DNA of 62,928 nt, the filler included, from Olpidium bornovanus S191 (taxonomy: Eukaryota; Fungi; Olpidiomycota), in the NCBI GenBank assembly GCA_017911155.1. It is 34 parts of 34 records of this genome, joined end to end, with 100 filler letters (N's around TTAATTAATTAA, not from the genome) between each part and the next. Parts side by side here need not be neighbours in the genome. Positions count along the whole stretch, not along the records: positions 10,328 to 11,529 come from JAEFCI010002773.1; positions 11,630 to 13,545 come from JAEFCI010003465.1; positions 13,646 to 17,438 come from JAEFCI010008548.1; positions 17,539 to 19,038 come from JAEFCI010001239.1; positions 19,139 to 21,167 come from JAEFCI010007854.1; positions 21,268 to 22,977 come from JAEFCI010009214.1; positions 23,078 to 26,025 come from JAEFCI010005005.1; 27 more parts are not named here. One strand, 5' to 3'. Every line of letters begins with the position of its first letter. The stretch's first letter is position 1. Position numbers and translations under genes: made by a program. A model generated the notes under the pieces. That model was not told the origin of the DNA. It saw only the letters and a program-made list of their open reading frames with translations, and did no database searches. Shown one piece after another: positions 10,613 through 23,195 of this stretch.

Positions 10613-11529
10613 ATGGCCGAGAAGAAGCACCTTTCCATCGTCATATGCGGTCACGTCGACTCGGGGAAGTCCACCACCCCCGGGCGCCTCCTTTTCGAAC
10701 TCGGCGGTGAGTTTCTTTTTTCCCCCCCTTTCCGAAAGAACCAAAAAAAATGGGGGCGGGGAGGGGAAGGGGAGGGGCCACGCGCGTTTGGCTGTGCGCT
10801 CGGCTGCGCGACGCCGGTTTCGCGCTCGCCCAGCGAATTTCCGGCAGACTTTTCCCCGGTCGGAGTGCAAACTCCAGCGTGTGCCGCTTCCCGTTCCTTG
10901 ACCGCCCGCCAGGGTGGTTTCGCCGCTGTTTCCCCTCTTGTTTTCGCGTTCTCTCGCTTTCTTATGCGGGTTCCGCAGGACGAAGCTTGCCTGCCGTTGT
11001 CCGGACACTCCTTCTCACTCTCCCGGCCTTTCAATCTCAGGTATCCCCGAGCGTGAAATGGAGAAGCTCAGGCAGGAGGCCGACGCTCTCGGCAAGTCCT
11101 CTTTTGCTTTTGCCTTCTACATGGACCGTCAGAAGGAGGAACGTGCCCGTGGTGTGACAATCTCGTGCACCACCAAGGAGGTCTTTGTAAGTGGCTCCAG
11201 ACTATAGTGATTTATTTGTGTGCATGAGTCACGAGCTAATCTTTTTTCGGAACCCAGACCGACCGCTGGCACTACACTATCATCGACGCCCCCGGTCACC
11301 GTGACTTCATCAAGAACATGATTTCAGGTGCTGCGCAGGCTGATGTCGGTCTTCTTATGGTCCCTGCCGGTATGTTTTGAAGTTTTGGTCTTTCGTGTCA
11401 TTTTGGGCGCACGTTGATGGTTGGCCTTGACTCGTGAGATCGATTGTTTCTTCCTGCAATATTGTAGACGGTAACTTCACTACGGCCATTCAGAAGGGCG
11501 ACCACAAAGCCGGCGAGATTCAGGGACAA
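10613..11529 (+). CDS. EFL: Elongation factor-like protein EFL, N-terminal part; exons 10613-10706, 11041-11186, 11258-11369, 11468-11529
   Basis: [62 protein letters not shown] and [21 protein letters not shown]; all three introns are GT-AG and join in frame. Confidence 0.95.
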
Positions 11530-12863
11530 NNNNNNNNNNNNNNNNNNNNNNNNNNNNNNNNNNNNNNNNNNNNTTAATTAATTAANNNNNNNNNNNNNNN
11601 NNNNNNNNNNNNNNNNNNNNNNNNNNNNNAACGGCGCCCGTACTTCACGCGTCTGGCTCCTCAGACTCGCTGACGGTCCGCACCCGTGACAACAACTGAA
11701 AGGTTGTCAACTTAATCCTCGGTACTATCTTCGACAACGTTGGAGACATGACGACTCGGTGGACAAACGACAGATGAGTGGCAACTCCGCACCAAGTGGC
11801 CTTGCCGGAAGGGGCGTCAAACAATTGCATCTCGATGCGTTTTTCGCGGTGCCGACGTACGACAACAAATTCACATTCGGCTCGTCTTGCCTTACCGAAT
11901 GAGAGGAGCCGCATTATCCCCCCAAAGACTCAGCAGGAATACGTGATGCACAAGCTCCGCTCCATGACCGACGGTTTGCTATTTTCTACTTCGATGTAGA
12001 AGAAAGGTCATCACATTCCGCATAGTTTCGTAGCTTCCGGTTTTGAGCACCGAAAAGAATACGCAGCAAGGTTGCACCCTCCACCTCTAGGGTAGTAAGC
12101 GATGGCGTTGTCGACCACGACGCTAGCCGGCATGGCGTCACCGTCCGCAATGAGGTCTCTGCGAAAAGCCTATGATGAGAGGAGGAGCGGGTCAGGCCTG
12201 CGCCTTCGCCGAAGTTCTCTTAAAGGACTTCCTTTGCTCGGCCAAAAGTATCACGGCCTCTTTCTCACAAAGGCAGGTTTGCGGTCGTCCCGAAGTCCAT
12301 GTGCGGTATGGCAGCGCTGTACCAACGGCGGGAAGCGACTACGGCGCCTTGAATGAAATATCGCCTTCGTCTTCGCGCCCAGTATCACGGGGGTACGCCG
12401 TCTCCCAACCTGCCGCCCGCTGGTACGACAAATGCGAGTGCGTCAAGCCTTGGAATCTGGCCATGGAGTGAGCTGGTGTGATGCTACGGGGAAGGGGGGG
12501 GGGGGTTGGGGGCCGCCGGCGACAGCCCCTGCCCACGAACGGAACTTCGAGTAGCGCCGACGAGAATGAGGCCAGACCCCCACAAGCAGCGCGAGTCGAG
12601 GAGGTGGCAGCAACGGAAACAGGTGCAGCAGCAACACGGCCACGGCGACGAGCGCGACGCTGCTGCGGGCAGGTCTGCCGCCGGCAACGGTACTGCCGGC
12701 GGCGGCCGTGACGGTGGCCTCCAACCAAAACATGATGGCCAGGAAGAAGAGGACGCGCCAGCAGAGAAGGAGATGGACAGTTCAGGGCGGCGCGCCGTCA
12801 CGGGTACGCGTTTCACTTCTGGGAGGGAGCGTTGGGTTGGGGCGAGGCGGGGGGGGGGGGGGG

Positions 12864-12899
<36 letters not shown>

Positions 12900-12903
<4 letters not shown>

Positions 12904-13545
12904 GCGAAGGAAACCTGAAACGGAATCGTCAACACCGTCCCTTTGCCGGGTTTACGCGCCTGTCCGGTGTCGTACCTCCCGCATCGTTAGGCTCCAGGTA
13001 CTCGCGCCGCAAAGTCGTGAGCAATGTGTTCCGCTACGACGAGCCCAACGAGGAAGGTGAGCAAAGCTGTGCACGACTTCTCTTTACGCTAACTGCCTTC
13101 GTGGCTAAGAAATACTCCCCCCCGCCCCCCCTCCGGTTCCGTGCTGCGCCCTCTCTCACCATCGTCACCGGTGGGCAACTGCAGAACAAGCGTTTGCGGA
13201 CGCGAAAGCCGGCGTGGATAAAGACACAGCAGGGTTGCTGAGCTTGATCGAAAGCGCAGGTGTGATAAGGAAAATTTTTCACCATGCAGCGCTTAGGAGT
13301 CCACGAAAGCACGCCGTATGCTACTTTTTAGGAGGTGCAGATCAGGCCAGCTCATGCTCTGCCGTCGTTTACCAAAAAATGAGCAGAGCAGGAGAACTAC
13401 AATGCTGCAACGTATTTCCAGCTAAAGGAGGAGCGCGACTGGAGCGAAGAGCAGCAGATGCCTGTTGTCGTTTCTGGCGTGCGTGGTTCAAGAAATCGAG
13501 ATGAGCTGGGTCCCGTTCGCGCAACTTCTCAGGGCATATTCCATG
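12900..13545 (+). CDS. Uncharacterised multi-exon protein fragment
   Basis: An in-frame splice joins ...VFRYDEPNEE to EQAFADAKAGVDKDTAGLLSLIESA, with a further exon-like stretch QENYNAATYFQLKEERDW. Family not recognised. Confidence 0.35.
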
Positions 13546-13645
13546 NNNNNNNNNNNNNNNNNNNNNNNNNNNNNNNNNNNNNNNNNNNNTTAATTAATTA
13601 ANNNNNNNNNNNNNNNNNNNNNNNNNNNNNNNNNNNNNNNNNNNN

Positions 13646-14693
13646 CATGCATCATCGAAGTCCTTGGTCCGCCTTCTCAACATCTAATTGATCAGAGCGG
13701 ACGGAAGTCGATGTTTTTTGGTGCGAAGAGGTCGAGGATGTTTATCACTGGAATGTGGGGAAAACGGAGCCGTGATGACCCTGACCTTGAAAGACGTTCC
13801 GCGTTTTTCAGATTCTGCAGGAGTCGCCCGCCCAGTGATGAATAGCAAAGGCCGCCGGCGGCGGCCTTTCGCCAGGCCACTGCAGACGATTCTGAAATGT
13901 GCGGACGAAGTGTTTATAGATTTCATTGCACGTTGCCTCTCTTGGGATCCCGAGCGACGAATCAAACCAAGAGAGGCGTTGAAGCATCCGTGGACACGCG
14001 AGGTACGAGCCGCTTCCGTCACACCGTCCAGTTTTCCGACTTCCAAGTTCATTTTTTTGACGTCCGGTTTGGCTTACGTTCAGCCGAGCGCAGAACGGGC
14101 GGCCTCGGCACGCCAACCAAGCACACCAGCCAGCGCTCCCGCCCGTCGCAACACGGTACCTACCACCGGCGGCGGCGCCGCATCCGCGCCGACAGTTGCG
14201 CCGCTTCCCATGACGCAGGGCGGGCCTCAAACGCGGCGGCGAGACCGGAAGAGCGCCCACTACCCTCCCCATAACAGTTTCTCTCACCACCTGCACTATT
14301 CACACCAGCAGCAGCATCAACCCAGAGGCTACCACCGGTCCAACGAACCGCCAGACGTCAATTACGCAACGGCGAGTACAGCACATCTCGCGCACCCGGG
14401 CGGGACTCCACAGAAGCAACAGCAGCAGCAGCGACAGCGACAGCCGGCGCCGGCGCCGGCCAAAACGTCGGCGTTTGCCAGTAACGTGCTTCCGCCAATC
14501 TTCCGATCCAAGCAGCACGCCTCTTCCCCGGCGAATTCCGGCAACAGAGCCGGCAGCAGCGGAAGTGGCGGGCTGCGGCACCTGACTGGCCTGCTGCCGT
14601 CGACGTCGAGTCTCACAGGGGCGGTGGGAAGGAAATCTGGGTCGGCGAAGGACGGATCGGGAGGCAGCGGCGAATCTCTGACTTCGTTTTTTG
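13646..14693 (+). CDS. DYRK2/Pom1-like dual-specificity kinase, C-terminal part; exons 13646-13720, 13812-14002, 14084-about 14693
   Basis: CIIEVLGPP...FFDSAGVARPVMNSKGRRRRP and FIDFIARCLSWDPERRIKPREALKHPW are typical of the class 2 DYRK C-lobe, followed by a His/Gln/Ser-rich tail. Confidence 0.88.
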
Positions 14694-15899
14694 TGAGTTC
14701 GAGATTTATCCTTTTTTTTCTTGATCCCCCCTCCCCCACCCCCCCAATTGGCTTTCACCCACCAACCCCCCCTCCCCCCCCCCCCCCCCCCCCCCCGACC
14801 CTGTTTTTCGTTATTTTTCCGTTCCGCGTTTCGTCTACTGACGTTATCCGCGATTCCTTGTTTGTACTTTTTTTTGTTTTTGTTTTGCCCGGACACCCTT
14901 TCTATTGGGATTTTACAAATTCTCGCGGCAGCGCCGAAAATGAGAAATAAGCCTTGTCCGGTGCAGACAAATTATATATTACTGACCGAAAGTTCCGCAG
15001 TTCGTCCTCCGAGAGATATGACTGTGCGCGCAGCGCCTGCGGGGAAGGGGGAATTTGGGGGGAGGGGAAGGAGGGGGGTTGTGGTATGCATCTAAGTTGG
15101 AAGAGGCTTGACGAAGGCTGGAGGAAAGCTCCTTAACCTTTCTCCGCTTCGTTGCATTCAGCCGCATTAACATCCTAAATTGTGCCAATGCGACTTTGTT
15201 CCCGGATCCACCCTCGTCATGCCCCGCCCTTTTCCCCCTTAAGTGACCATCGGAACAAAACATACTCACTCCTGGCTCAACTTGCGCTCGGCCATTTGCG
15301 CGGTCATCCCGACAGAAAATAATAATATAATAATAAAAAATAAAAAGGGGGGGGGGTTTTGGCTCTGATTATTTTTTTTTTTTTTGTTTCTGGCGAAACA
15401 ATTTGGGGACGCGGCGGTGTTGGGAGGAGGGGGGGGCGGTTAAGGTGTAGTGAATGCGCGTACGCAGAGCTCGAGGCGTGATGGCAACGAAGGAGACACG
15501 AAACCATACGGTTTCTTTTAGATCTCTATATGAATCTAGACTTTTACAGTAAGAACTAACAAATCTACGGCAGGATATATGGGGGGTAGGGGAAGCCCGG
15601 CGCTGCTCTCAAAGGGCTCGCTTTAGCCTTTCCCTTTCCCACTTCATTTCTTCTACACTCTCCTCGCGCGCACCTAATCCTCAGCGCCAACCTTTGTATC
15701 TGCGCCTATCCTTTGTACTTTCTGAAAATGTAAGCACCGTTGGCGCTTTCTCGTTTGTACGAACCAGGACTCGGCGGTTACGCTGCACGATCCCGTCTTG
15801 CCGCGAAATCTTTTGAATTTGATTCCAATCGCCCTGCTTAGTGAGCAAAAAGGAGCCCCTTCGGCTAAGTCGTCGATGCCGAGGTCAGACCTGGCCAGT

Positions 15900-16665
15900 A
15901 CCCGTCGTCAAAAAAACGGTGACATGCTGGGGGCACACAGGCTTTGAAACTCAGGGCGTGCGCGGTACGTTGCGCGCAGCGCGAGACGACAACTATTGGT
16001 CTGCTCGACGCTGGCTATTCTGGAATGGACCGATACACGGCAACGTATAACATAAACTGACAACGCGCCCTTCTTTTTGTGCAAAAGTACAAGATCTCCG
16101 ACTCGGCGGCGTCGATCGTTTTGCTCTGCTCACTTCTGCTGTTCCTTCTGAATTCGCTCACGGGGTGAACGAGGTTATCTTCTCTACGCAAATTGCAAGT
16201 TTCATCCCTTTCCAACATGCCCGCGCTCGTCCGCAAAATTCGAGCGAGATCGGGCTCTCCCGTAAGGTACATCTGGCAGGGTGAAAGTCAAGTTACGGTA
16301 CGCGGGGTCGCATTATATGCAACTCCTACGTAAGCTAACGCCTCTCTCCAGTCAATTGTGCGATTGGCAGCGATCACAGTCAGTAGTTGCTTAATTGCCT
16401 TCACCGGTACCTCTGCCAATCCGTTCGCCCGTTGATGTCGCGCTGTGGTGCAGCTCATGTTGATTTTCATGTTAATTGGACGGTAGGGGTCTCGCGTGAT
16501 GACACCTAGAGCATCTCGATGTTTTTCCGAACGATGGACGGGGCGGGCCATCGGTGAATGCGTCAGCCACGTTCGGCAGCCAATGCGACTGACGTCGGAC
16601 TGATCGTGTCGGCGACATTCACGTCTCCGGCATAGAGATGCCGCACGTCTATGTGCGTGGAGCAT
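15900..16665 (-). mobile_element. Degraded Ty3/gypsy integrase (core plus GPY/F-type C-terminal segment)
   Basis: TARHQRANGLAEVPVKAIKQLL...WREALAYVGVAYNATP resembles the gypsy integrase core; IGPF and SCRLALRATYRARPEF-like remnants follow downstream. Many stops and frameshifts. Confidence 0.65.
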
Positions 16666-16859
16666 TTTGTTCAGGCGGCGCGAAATCCTTTGTCAACCAC
16701 TGCGGTCGCGCCGCGATTGCCGATCGACGGCGTACGGCGGCGCGATCGCGGAGAACGGGCGTTGAAATTGTTCCGGGGAACCGTGCGATATGTCGCGCGG
16801 CAAGTTTCCGAAGCGGCAATGATCTCAGCTTCGCGTCGAGGAGTGCGCGATACAGGGGC

Positions 16860-17300
16860 TGTTTTCCCAGGGCGCCGGTCAGCGGTCGCGCACTGGGTTT
16901 GAAGGCCAAGGCAAATTTAGAGGAGCCGTCACTGTTCGTGCCAAGTTGAAAGAAACGCACCCAAAGGTCAACTTGCGATCATCGACAGCTTGCGCCCAAT
17001 CTGAATCGCTATAAGTGAATGCGTCGCGGGGCGGTCGCGATGGAGTCGTGAGCGTTGGCGCATGGGTAGAGAAGCTCACATTCCGAGGTGCCGTGCAAGT
17101 ACCTGAAACGCAACGCGGATTCTAATTCACGGGGGATGGGATGCTGTAGAACCCGGCTAGGAAATTGACGGCCATGGCAATGTCTGGCCGAGTTCTCATC
17201 GTCAGATAATTGAGACTGCCGGAAAATTCTTGATGAAGGGGGCGTTCGCTCGCCAGAGCTGTATTGATTAAAGCAGCACTATGGTCACAAAGGGAAATGG
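16860..17300 (-). mobile_element. Degraded Ty1/copia RT-RNase H junction
   Basis: SGSLNYLTMRTRPDIAMAVNFL (copia RT GSLxYL...TRPDI) followed by YSDSDWAQAVDDRK (RNase H YxDADWA...DRKS). Confidence 0.85.
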
Positions 17301-17538
17301 GTCGGCGGTGCAGAGCGCATGATTGAATGTTCAGCACGACGCGCCTCTGCATCTGACCGGGGCTGCGCCTTCGGCCCTGCAAGTGGTGCACCATTCCAGC
17401 CTTTTCGCAAACCTCCATCCCCCTTTACCCCTCTACGCNNNNNNNNNNNNNNNNNNNNNNNNNNNNNNNNNNNNNNNNNNNNTTAATTAATTAANNNNNN
17501 NNNNNNNNNNNNNNNNNNNNNNNNNNNNNNNNNNNNNN

Positions 17539-18541
17539 CATGTTCGCGGCGGGCCAGTTGCTCCAGGAATTAAGGCAGAGATTATGACCTGAGTGCCGTA
17601 GATTTCATTTTTGACGACGGGACGTTATGAATTTCCTGACGCGCGGGGCCGGCGCGTTGAGAGGGAAACGCACTCTCACCCTCATCCCGGACGCGTTTGG
17701 CGAGGCCGGGGTTGCTGACGACGTTGGGCGCGAGCAGGCAGAAGGTGGCGGTCACGTTGTTTTGCTTCAGCACGTCAAGAATGCTGGCGACGGTTCCGTT
17801 GGAGTTCGGCCCGTCATCGATCTGCGCGAAGCGGGGGAAAAAAAGGGTAGGTGGGGTGGGGGGTTTCAGGGGATTGCGGGGGTCCGGGCGGGGTCCGGGC
17901 TGCCCGCCGGAAAAAGTTGGCCGAAGGGCTCAAAAGTCACCCAAAAGCGGCTCACGGTGATAGCAAATTTGCCGGGCGCGCAGGTGCGGACGTCGGTGTC
18001 TCGCAGGCACTTGCCGATATTGCCGACACCGCGTCCGCAGCTCCACCAGCACGCTGGGGGGGAGGGGGGGGGCGCCGAAACGGGGCAGGGGAAGGAAATC
18101 CGGGGTTTAACGGTCTGCTCGGCAGCGGACACGGCCGCCGCGGTGCGGCGTTCGCGAAAATGCCCTGGAAATGCTCAAAAGCGCGACACGCGGAATTCTT
18201 GACAAAAGGAGGGTAAGGGGCGGGGGGCGGACGGGGCGGCGGGGGGCAGGGGGGGGGGAAGAGGGCAGACAGAAGTGAATACACCTACTTCCGTTCGGGC
18301 CGAAGTCGCCGTGGGCGGGGCAGGGCTCGCGCGGCACGGCGGGGTTCACGGGTATGGCGGGGACCTGGGAGAGGTCGAGCCCCTGCGTAGCGTTTGGCAG
18401 GAGCCTGACCTTGTGCTTCGCGGCGTTTTTCACGGGCGGCCACTGGAGGGGCACGTAGGCGAACTCCGCGGGCGCGCCCACGGCGGCGGCGGCGGCGGCG
18501 GCGAAGGCGAAGGCGGAAACCGCGGCGAAGGACGTCAGCAT
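17539..18541 (-). CDS. Secreted CE4/NodB polysaccharide (chitin) deacetylase-like protein, 3' partial, probably catalytically impaired
   Basis: Signal peptide MLTSFAAVSAFAFAAAAAAAVG. Spliced motif 1 reads FAIT/IDDGP, then ILDVLKQNNVTATFC and RVRDEGH. Motif 2 reads NSWSN instead of H(S/T)WSH. Confidence 0.85.
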
Positions 18542-18901
18542 TGTCGTCGTTTCTGGTGATTTCTTTTTGTTTTTTTTTTCCGGTTTGTTTGTTTGTTTGT
18601 TTGTTTGTTTGTTGTTGTTGTTGTGTTTTTCGATTTTCCGGGCCCTTTTTTTCGCGGCGGGGCCCGCGTCTTTCTGCCGCCCTTTTCTTTTCCCCCCCAT
18701 TTTTCTCTCTTCTCTCTCTCAGCTGGCAGAATTTTTTTTTTTTTTTTTTTTCCGGCGCATAAATCCCCCACACACACACACTCTCTCTCTCTCAGCGGGT
18801 CTGATCGCATCACATTCAGCCTCATCAACTACATCAGCCTCATCACATCATCACGCGCAAAACAAAACAAAACACACACGCACACACGCACACACGCCCC
18901 G

Positions 18902-18959
<58 letters not shown>

Positions 18960-18979
18960 ACCCCCCCCCCCCCCCCCCC

Positions 18980-19038
<59 letters not shown>

Positions 19039-19138
19039 NNNNNNNNNNNNNNNNNNNNNNNNNNNNNNNNNNNNNNNNNNNNTTAATTAATTAANNNNNN
19101 NNNNNNNNNNNNNNNNNNNNNNNNNNNNNNNNNNNNNN

Positions 19139-20279
19139 CATGATCAATATCTTCCTGGAGTATGTGGATGGAGGGACCGTTGCGTCGCTAACGGCCAAGC
19201 ACGGCAGGTTCGCAGACTCGGTCACGCGGTTGTTCGTCCGCCAGATTCTGCTCGGCCTCGAGTACTTGCACGACCGGCGAATCATCCACCGCGACATCAA
19301 AGGGGCGAACATACTAGTTGATCAAAATGGGTGCTGCAAAATATCGGACTTCGGCATCTCCACCAAGAACGGTAAGCGACTTTTTTGCATTTAGAAGCCT
19401 TTACCGTTCTCTTTGTTCCCCCCCCCCTCCACCACCCCCTCCCGTTTTTTTTTATCGGTGTTTATTTTGCCCTTCGTAGGAAATACGCGTCGCCGGCAGC
19501 GCAGTCGGGTAATTCAGCCACTGCGGCGTTTTCATTCGTCACACGCTCTCTGCCATTTTCCTTTGCTCGCGGTGATCCCCCCCCCCTTCCTGCGAAAAAA
19601 CTCAAACAGCTCGTGGTTTTTGGCACTCGCGTTTCTTTCAGAAATGGGAAGCGCGTACGACACCAATTCGCAGTCTGCTGAAATGCAGGGGTCTGTTTAT
19701 TGGTGAGCGTCAACCACTGGCTTGTTGTTCGAGCGGGTTTTGTAATCGGGCCGACGAGCTCAGAACTGATGGTCTTTTTGTTCCGCCCCCCCCCCCCCCC
19801 CCCCCCCCCCTCCCGTCAGGATGGCGCCGGAGGTGATAAAAGCCGAAAAGTACGCGGCGACGATCGACGTGTGGTCGCTGGGCTGTGTGACCGTGGAGAT
19901 GCTGTCGGGCGCGCGACCGTGGCACGGTTTCGACCTCGTCGCCACGATGTACAAGCTCGGCACGGACCAGACGCCGCCGCTCCCGGCCGACGCATCAGAT
20001 GTCGCCAAAGATTTTCTGGCCCGCTGCTTTGTGGTGTAAGTGCGGTGGGGCCTGCAAAAGTCAGATTTCCTGGGGCGCAGGCTTTTTCCGCGATCCCGCC
20101 TCGCAAACGTAACGCCGATCTCCGGTTCGCCCGGCAGAAATATCAAAGCGCGGCCATCGGTGGCAGACCTCCTCGTCCACCCCTACGCTCAGTACAATCC
20201 TCACTTCAAATTTGAGGAGTGGACGAAGAACGTGGGCGTTAGAAGAACGCCAACGAAGATTTTCAGAGCCAAACGGTGA
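19139..20279 (+). CDS. STE11/Bck1-like MAP kinase kinase kinase, C-terminal kinase domain, multi-exon
   Basis: [48 protein letters not shown] and RPW; stop at 20277-20279. Confidence 0.93.
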
Positions 20280-21003
20280 CACTCGGTGAATCGGAGGACG
20301 ACTAACCGACGCCGGGCTGCACCGCCCCCTCCCCCCCATCCCCGCCCACGGGCTTTCCCTCCTTATGCCTAATTCTTCTAATATAATATACACCCTCTTC
20401 CACCCCCTCCCCCCCCCTTCCCGTTTGGTTTTATGTATAGATGGGCATCTTCCCACGCCGCGATATCCTTCTCCCTCGTTACCTCTACCACGTTACGCAA
20501 GCTAGCATGAAACATGTACATCCGCTTTTTTTTTTCTTTTTTACTGGCACCGACGGCTCTGCTTGTTCAAACTGCGTCCAGGACTTTGTGAATTGTTTGG
20601 AGCAAATATACCAATGTGCGCCCTCCCACGGTATTGCTCCACTGCACCCGTAACCATGCCGGCGTCTTTCCCGATGCCCTCTGCAGAAATCATAAGTCCG
20701 GGCGACCGAGTACGATGAACCCCGGGCGTTTTTGGTGGACTACCAAATTCACTCGCATTTGTGATATGAGCCAAGATTTGCCGCCCCTTCATCTCTCCGG
20801 GCACGCGCGCCGGTGGAACGGTCCCACACCAGGAACCTTAAAGCAGTTTTGCGGGCGCGGGGCGACATTTCTCTGCGTCGGCTTGCCTTGAACAAAATTT
20901 GCGGGAAGATGTGGACGTCTTCAACTGAACAACAGCTCCGGTTCACCAGCTCCGGCCGGGTGGGTAAAGTGACGGTATTTATGCTCCGCGGGGGCTCTTT
21001 CTT

Positions 21004-21039
<36 letters not shown>

Positions 21040-23146
21040 CCAGACCAGAGCCACGACCACTGCGCGGGTGGCTTGACTTTCTCCTCCTCCAAGCGACCTC
21101 GACCTGCTCGTTACCGGAGTTTCGCTCACTCGCCCGCAGAAATCCTACCGAGGAGAGGCGCTGCATGNNNNNNNNNNNNNNNNNNNNNNNNNNNNNNNNN
21201 NNNNNNNNNNNTTAATTAATTAANNNNNNNNNNNNNNNNNNNNNNNNNNNNNNNNNNNNNNNNNNNNCATGATTTGGCGTGATGTGCGGCGTCCACTGGA
21301 GGCATCAAAAAACAAAGCAGAATTTGCCAATAGGTTCCGCGGTCCGTAAAAACCAGGCGGGGAGCACCACTCCTCGCTAACTGGATTACGGCGACAAAGG
21401 GCAGTGCCCGGATGTCTACCTTTACACCTCTCCAACGTTATAGAGCAATGGTTTGATGGCTGTCAATTCTACGGCTTGTGCCATCTGCGTTCGCGCAGCC
21501 GGCACACGTCGCATTTGAATTTCAGTGGTGTAGAGTGTGATGCTGCGCCTGTTTCCGGAAATAACCTAAACCTGGGAGAAAAATTAGGTCGACGGGATCA
21601 GATTCCTGCGTGTCGGCGATCATCTCAACAAGTCCGTCGCAGGCCTCTATCGCGTCGACGTGGCTTAGCCTCTGCACACTCCCCCCTTCCTCAAACAACC
21701 CCCCCCCCTCCCCCCCACCCTCCCGTTCTCCTTACATTATTCTCGTGATGAGCCATTTCTGATCGTGGCGCTCTGAGCGAAAAAAAAGTTTCCAGATGTT
21801 CTTTCTACCTGTCCGCTCCTGGCCGCGCAGATGCAGTATCCAACCTCTCCAAGCCGAACCCGGCCCACGTCCGTGACACGGTGCTAAACTCGCGGCCAAC
21901 CTGTGCGACGGACTCTAGGTTCCGGTTCAACTGCGCGCTGTTGCGGAGACGCGGTTGGTCACGCGGGCTGCTTCTATCGGCCCGCAACAACAAAAGAGGA
22001 ACGGGTAAAATGGGGAAATCCGCACATGTTTGCGCAGACAATTTCCAGATTCTGGGGGCAAAGGCCGAACGGAACACGCGAGAGCCCAAGGAAACGAAGG
22101 AAAAACGAAGGCTGGTCAACGTTCGCCGTTGTGGACGACATGTGAAGTTGCCCATGGACAACCAGCTCTTCGAGTGCACGGAAAACCAGACGGGCCTGGT
22201 CCCTGAACCTCCCCCCCTCCTCCTTTCTTCCCCGGCCGGCTCGTTCCGCTCCTTCGCTGGCTTTCTTTTGAGCCCCTTCCCCCGCTCCCAGCCTCCGCGC
22301 TCCCTCTCACTCCGGATATCTGCTTGAGCAGCGCAAGCTTTCTGGTTTCGAACTGCCGCTGCTGGTGCTGCTGGCCAACGGCAGCGTCGTTCCTCTGCGA
22401 CGCGCTGATCAGGGGCCCGGCTTCCTCCATCCAGCACCCGGATCGGACCGTGCGGGTATGTCGCCGGTCGTTCGTCCCCTGCGCCTGAAATGGAGGGCCG
22501 CGTTCAAGTCCTGTCCGTTTTCGTGCGCGCCTGTGAATCCGCTGCTGCGCTGCGGGGGACACGTGCTGCCCACCTTTTCCTGGTGGATTTTTTTTATTTT
22601 GTTTTTTTTTTTATTTTTTGGATTTTGTCGCCGAGAGAAAGGGCGCTTCCCCTCCCCGTTTCAATCTGCCAGTGGATGGATACAACCGTATGGTGCCGTC
22701 GACTTAAAGGTAACATTCGTCTCAAAATCCCCAAATTTTTTTTTTATTTTTCCGCTTTTCTTGGCCCTCCTGGAGGTTCCCAAAAGCGCCAGAAAGCCTC
22801 CTTTTCCTCTTGAACACTTCCACTTGACCAAAAAAAAAACAATCTCAACAATTCAGTTACTTTTTTTTTCCTGTCCTTTTTTTCCTACCCTCTGCCGCAA
22901 CGTAGAAGTCCCGGAGACCGCTCCAAAAAGCCTTTGACACCTGTTTCCTTGTCCTTAAACTCCCCAGCAGTTTTCCCNNNNNNNNNNNNNNNNNNNNNNN
23001 NNNNNNNNNNNNNNNNNNNNNTTAATTAATTAANNNNNNNNNNNNNNNNNNNNNNNNNNNNNNNNNNNNNNNNNNNNAGGAGAGCCGGAGAAACAGAGAC
23101 AGAGAGGGACCCCTATCGAAACTGAGCCAGGAAGAAGAAGAACAAG

Positions 23147-23195
<49 letters not shown>

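Noticed and set aside
10678-10680. EFL P-loop reads GKSTTPG instead of GKSTTTG
   Set aside because: It is a single A-to-C difference inside a C-rich run, so a sequencing or consensus error is as likely as a real change and cannot be resolved without reads.
18593-19094. Poly-Pro, poly-Gly, poly-Phe and poly-Lys ORFs here and elsewhere (for example 22970-23234, 32931-33178, 60020-60250)
   Set aside because: They are translations of homopolymer runs and N spacers, not genes.
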